Assembly (NCBI GenBank): GCA_951406725.2
Contig: OX597819.1
Span: 130,820,001-130,884,000, forward strand
Direction: 5' to 3'
DNA length: 64,000 nt
DNA from: Octopus vulgaris
Taxonomy: Eukaryota
Below are positions 61,070 through 64,000 of the stretch, piece after piece. Under the pieces are notes generated by a model. The model was not told where the DNA came from. It saw only the letters and a list, made by a program, of their open reading frames with translations, and ran no database searches. The stretch's first letter is position 1; each line of letters begins with the position of its first letter. A program made the position numbers and the translations under genes.

Positions 61070-61448
61070 ATATACAGGTGTATATGTATACATGCATATG
61101 TATAGCTGTATATGTAGAGATGTATTTCTATAGAAATGCATGTATGTCTAGACGTATATATATATAGATGTACATGTAATATGTACACATATATATACAC
61201 ATATATATACACATATATATATGCATACATATATACACCCATACACACATAAACCCCCGTTATGATACATATATTGCTGAGCGAAGGTGACGGGTGGAAA
61301 ACTCGGGTTGGCGATTTCTGAAGTTTTGGTTTCTTCTATAAGCCATCACTGAGTTCTCGTTTCTATTTGCTCTTCCCTGTCTGTAACAGGAATGCTGTTT
61401 GGTATACAATACAATTGACATGGAAAGGTTAGACAAATACTATTACCA

Positions 61449-61521
61449 GCCGAAATAGCTCAGTTGGGAGAGCGTTAGACTGAAGATCTAAAGGTCCCTG
61501 GTTCAATCCCGGGTTTCGGCA
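61449..61521 (+). tRNA. tRNA-Phe(GAA)
   Basis: GCCGAAATAGCTCAGTTGGGAGAGCGTTAGACTGAAGATCTAAAGGTCCCTGGTTCAATCCCGGGTTTCGGCA; poly-T terminator ~17 nt downstream. Confidence 0.97.
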
Positions 61522-62570
61522 TCCGGTGGCTGGTCTGCTTTTTTTTTTTTTTTTATCTTTCGTTCTTCTTCACATTCAAGTTTTAGTCTAGGTTCCACCA
61601 ACAGTTCCTTTCAATGGTTTTATTTCCATTCCTTTCATCCCGGATTCCACCCACCTTTCATTCCACTGGATTTATAATATATTACAAGTTTGGTGATGCA
61701 AACAAGAAAAATAGAATTCAAAATACCAGTGTATGTATATTTGTATTAGGCTCCGCAAGTGCCAACTCATGAGACTCTCGGCCGTTGGGCCACTCTACTA
61801 CTTCTGCTAAATATTAATAAAAATGTATCATATTACATCAATTTTCAGCGACCAAAACTTCACATTTCTTTTTCAAGATTTTCATTACAGTCTCAACGGA
61901 TTCCTGACAATACCTATTTCTTTACTACCCACAAGGGGCCAAACACAGAGAGGACAAACAACGACAGACACACTGATTAAGTCGATTATATTGACCGCAG
62001 TGCGTAACTGGTACTTATTTAATCGACCCCGAAAGGATGAAAGGCAAAGTCAACCTGACAATACCTTTCACCTAGTTGCCACTACAAGCCTTTTATATCT
62101 CCTGAGGATTTTGTTCATTTCTCATTCACCATTTACATTTTTTTCTTGAAACACAAACCACTTTTTTAATCGCCTTTTGCTATAAACTTGGGCTGACTAA
62201 AGCCTTGTGAATGGATTTGGTAGATAGGAACCGAAAGAAGGACTGCTGCAGTAAGTGTGTGAGTCTGAGAGCGGAATGTGTTGAATAAAATCATAATTAA
62301 CTGATCCTCCTGTGTTTTCTTTTACCTCAAGCCAAGAACTTTTCAGCACTACCGCGTACATGTAATACTATGCTATTGATACTGTGTAAATTCCAACAAA
62401 GCGCCTCGTGACTAGAAAATGGTTATTTTTCCCCACTGGTGATTTATGCGAAAAATAAAAACAGGAAAACATGCGTCCATATAGTTTTGATCGAAAGTCA
62501 GGAACGGAAAACTCAGAGGAACAATTTCTTTTCTGCTTCTTCTCACTCAAATGCTCTCTCTTTCTTTCTA

Positions 62571-62639
<69 letters not shown>

Positions 62640-62896
62640 CGTAAAAAGGCGCACACATGAATTCATAGAGAGCCACTTTAAATTCTTTGCACTACTTACA
62701 TTCAATTTCATCAGTAACCCCGGCTACTGGGGGGTCAATGAAATCTGTTGTTCTGTGTTTGATATAATTGATTAAAGTACTCTCAGCTTGTCGCCTGATG
62801 TTAAAAGCCATTATCTACAGCAAAACGTCTTTGGCAAGAATGTACTGTGAGACACAATACGATTGACATAGAAAGTTTAGATAAAAGCAGTCACCA

Positions 62897-62969
62897 GCCG
62901 AAATAGCTCAGTTGGGAGAGCGTTAGACTGAAGATCTAAAGGTCCCTGGTTCAATCCCGGGTTTCGGCA
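62897..62969 (+). tRNA. tRNA-Phe(GAA)
   Basis: Identical to 61449-61521. Confidence 0.97.
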
Positions 62970-63374
62970 TCCGGTGGCTGGTCTGCTTCTTTTATTTTTA
63001 TTCTATTTTCGCTTGAAATTTGCTTTTGACCTGAAGAACTAATCCTTTCATTGATACTTTTTCGACCCAGGTTCTAGCTATTCCATCTAGATTCTGTCTC
63101 AAACACTGTGATAATAGTATTAACACCAATTTTCTGCGACTTTTTGCCACTCTATGTCTCAGTTCACATGTTTCTTCTTCTTCGCGATTTGCTTTATGGC
63201 CTTCATGCACTTCCCGACTTGTATTACAATCTCAAAAACCATTTTAGACTCCATTTTTTTGCCTTGCGTCTTGAGAAGAAATCTTTGAACTTTTTCACTT
63301 TTCATCGCTATTTGCATTTCTGTTTTTTTCTTAAAACACCGCGACACTGATTGTTTGGAGCGATGCTACCGCCA

Positions 63375-63447
63375 CCCGAAATGGCTCAGTGGGGAGAGCG
63401 TTATACTGAAGATCTAGAGGCCCCTGGTTCAATCTCGGGTTTCGGCA
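63375..63447 (+). pseudogene. tRNA-Phe(GAA) variant, probable pseudogene
   Basis: Several substitutions, including C1:C72 and an anticodon-stem mismatch (TTATACTGAAGATCTAG). Confidence 0.75.
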
Positions 63448-63903
63448 TCAAGTGACTGGTCTTTAATTGGATTCTCTTTTCGTTCAAACTTTATTTTAGG
63501 AACGAAGACCCGTTCCTTTCAATGATATTTATTCGTCTTTCATTTCATATCGGATTCGACTCATCTTCGCTTCCAGATTCCAGCTATTTCACCTAGCTTG
63601 TCTGGCAAACATTAGATTTTTAAAATTACGTTAGATAATTTTCGAGTGTTTCTTCCATTATATGTATAAACCTGATGTTCTTCATGACTCGTAAGAGTAT
63701 CAAATGATTTCTGAACCCACTTTTCGCCAACTTTGCGCCTGGATCCTTGTATCTTCAGAGGAAATCTAATGTTTGCCAGACAAGCTAGGTGAAATAGCTG
63801 GAACCTGGGTCGAAAAAGTATCAATGAAACGATTAGTTCTTCAGGTCAAAAGCAAATTTCAAGCGAAAATAGAATAAGAATAAAAAACAGTCCAGCCACC
63901 GGA

Positions 63904-63976
63904 TGCCGAAACCCGGGATTGAACCAGGGACCTTTAGATCTTCAGTCTAACGCTCTCCCAACTGAGCTATTTCGGC
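63904..63976 (-). tRNA. tRNA-Phe(GAA)
   Basis: Exact reverse complement of the plus-strand copies. Confidence 0.97.
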
Positions 63977-64000
63977 TGGTGGCTGTTATTATCTAAACTT

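Overview
This is eukaryotic, AT-rich, repeat-saturated DNA, most likely from an Octopus genome (inferred from the SINE families and microsatellite load). No intact host protein-coding gene can be supported, and almost all ORF-track entries are microsatellite artefacts. The window contains several tRNA-derived SINE families and remnants of mariner/Tc1, hAT-type MITE, Helitron, R4/Dong, CR1 and Tx1/L1 elements. It also holds a 5'-truncated Penelope-like (Naiad-type GIY-YIG) element and a cluster of tRNA-Phe(GAA) genes at the 3' end. The most striking signal is a set of unrelated non-coding elements carrying minimal type I hammerhead ribozyme motifs, mostly inserted in (TA)n. In two of them (18105-18929, 362-bp unit; 59533-60772, 476-bp unit) both arms of a head-to-head inverted insertion are longer than one unit and circularly permuted, as expected from reverse transcription of a circular or multimeric ribozyme RNA (retrozyme-like). 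A SINE that inserts as fixed-junction multimers shows a similar signature. All coordinates and folds were read by eye, and element boundaries are approximate.
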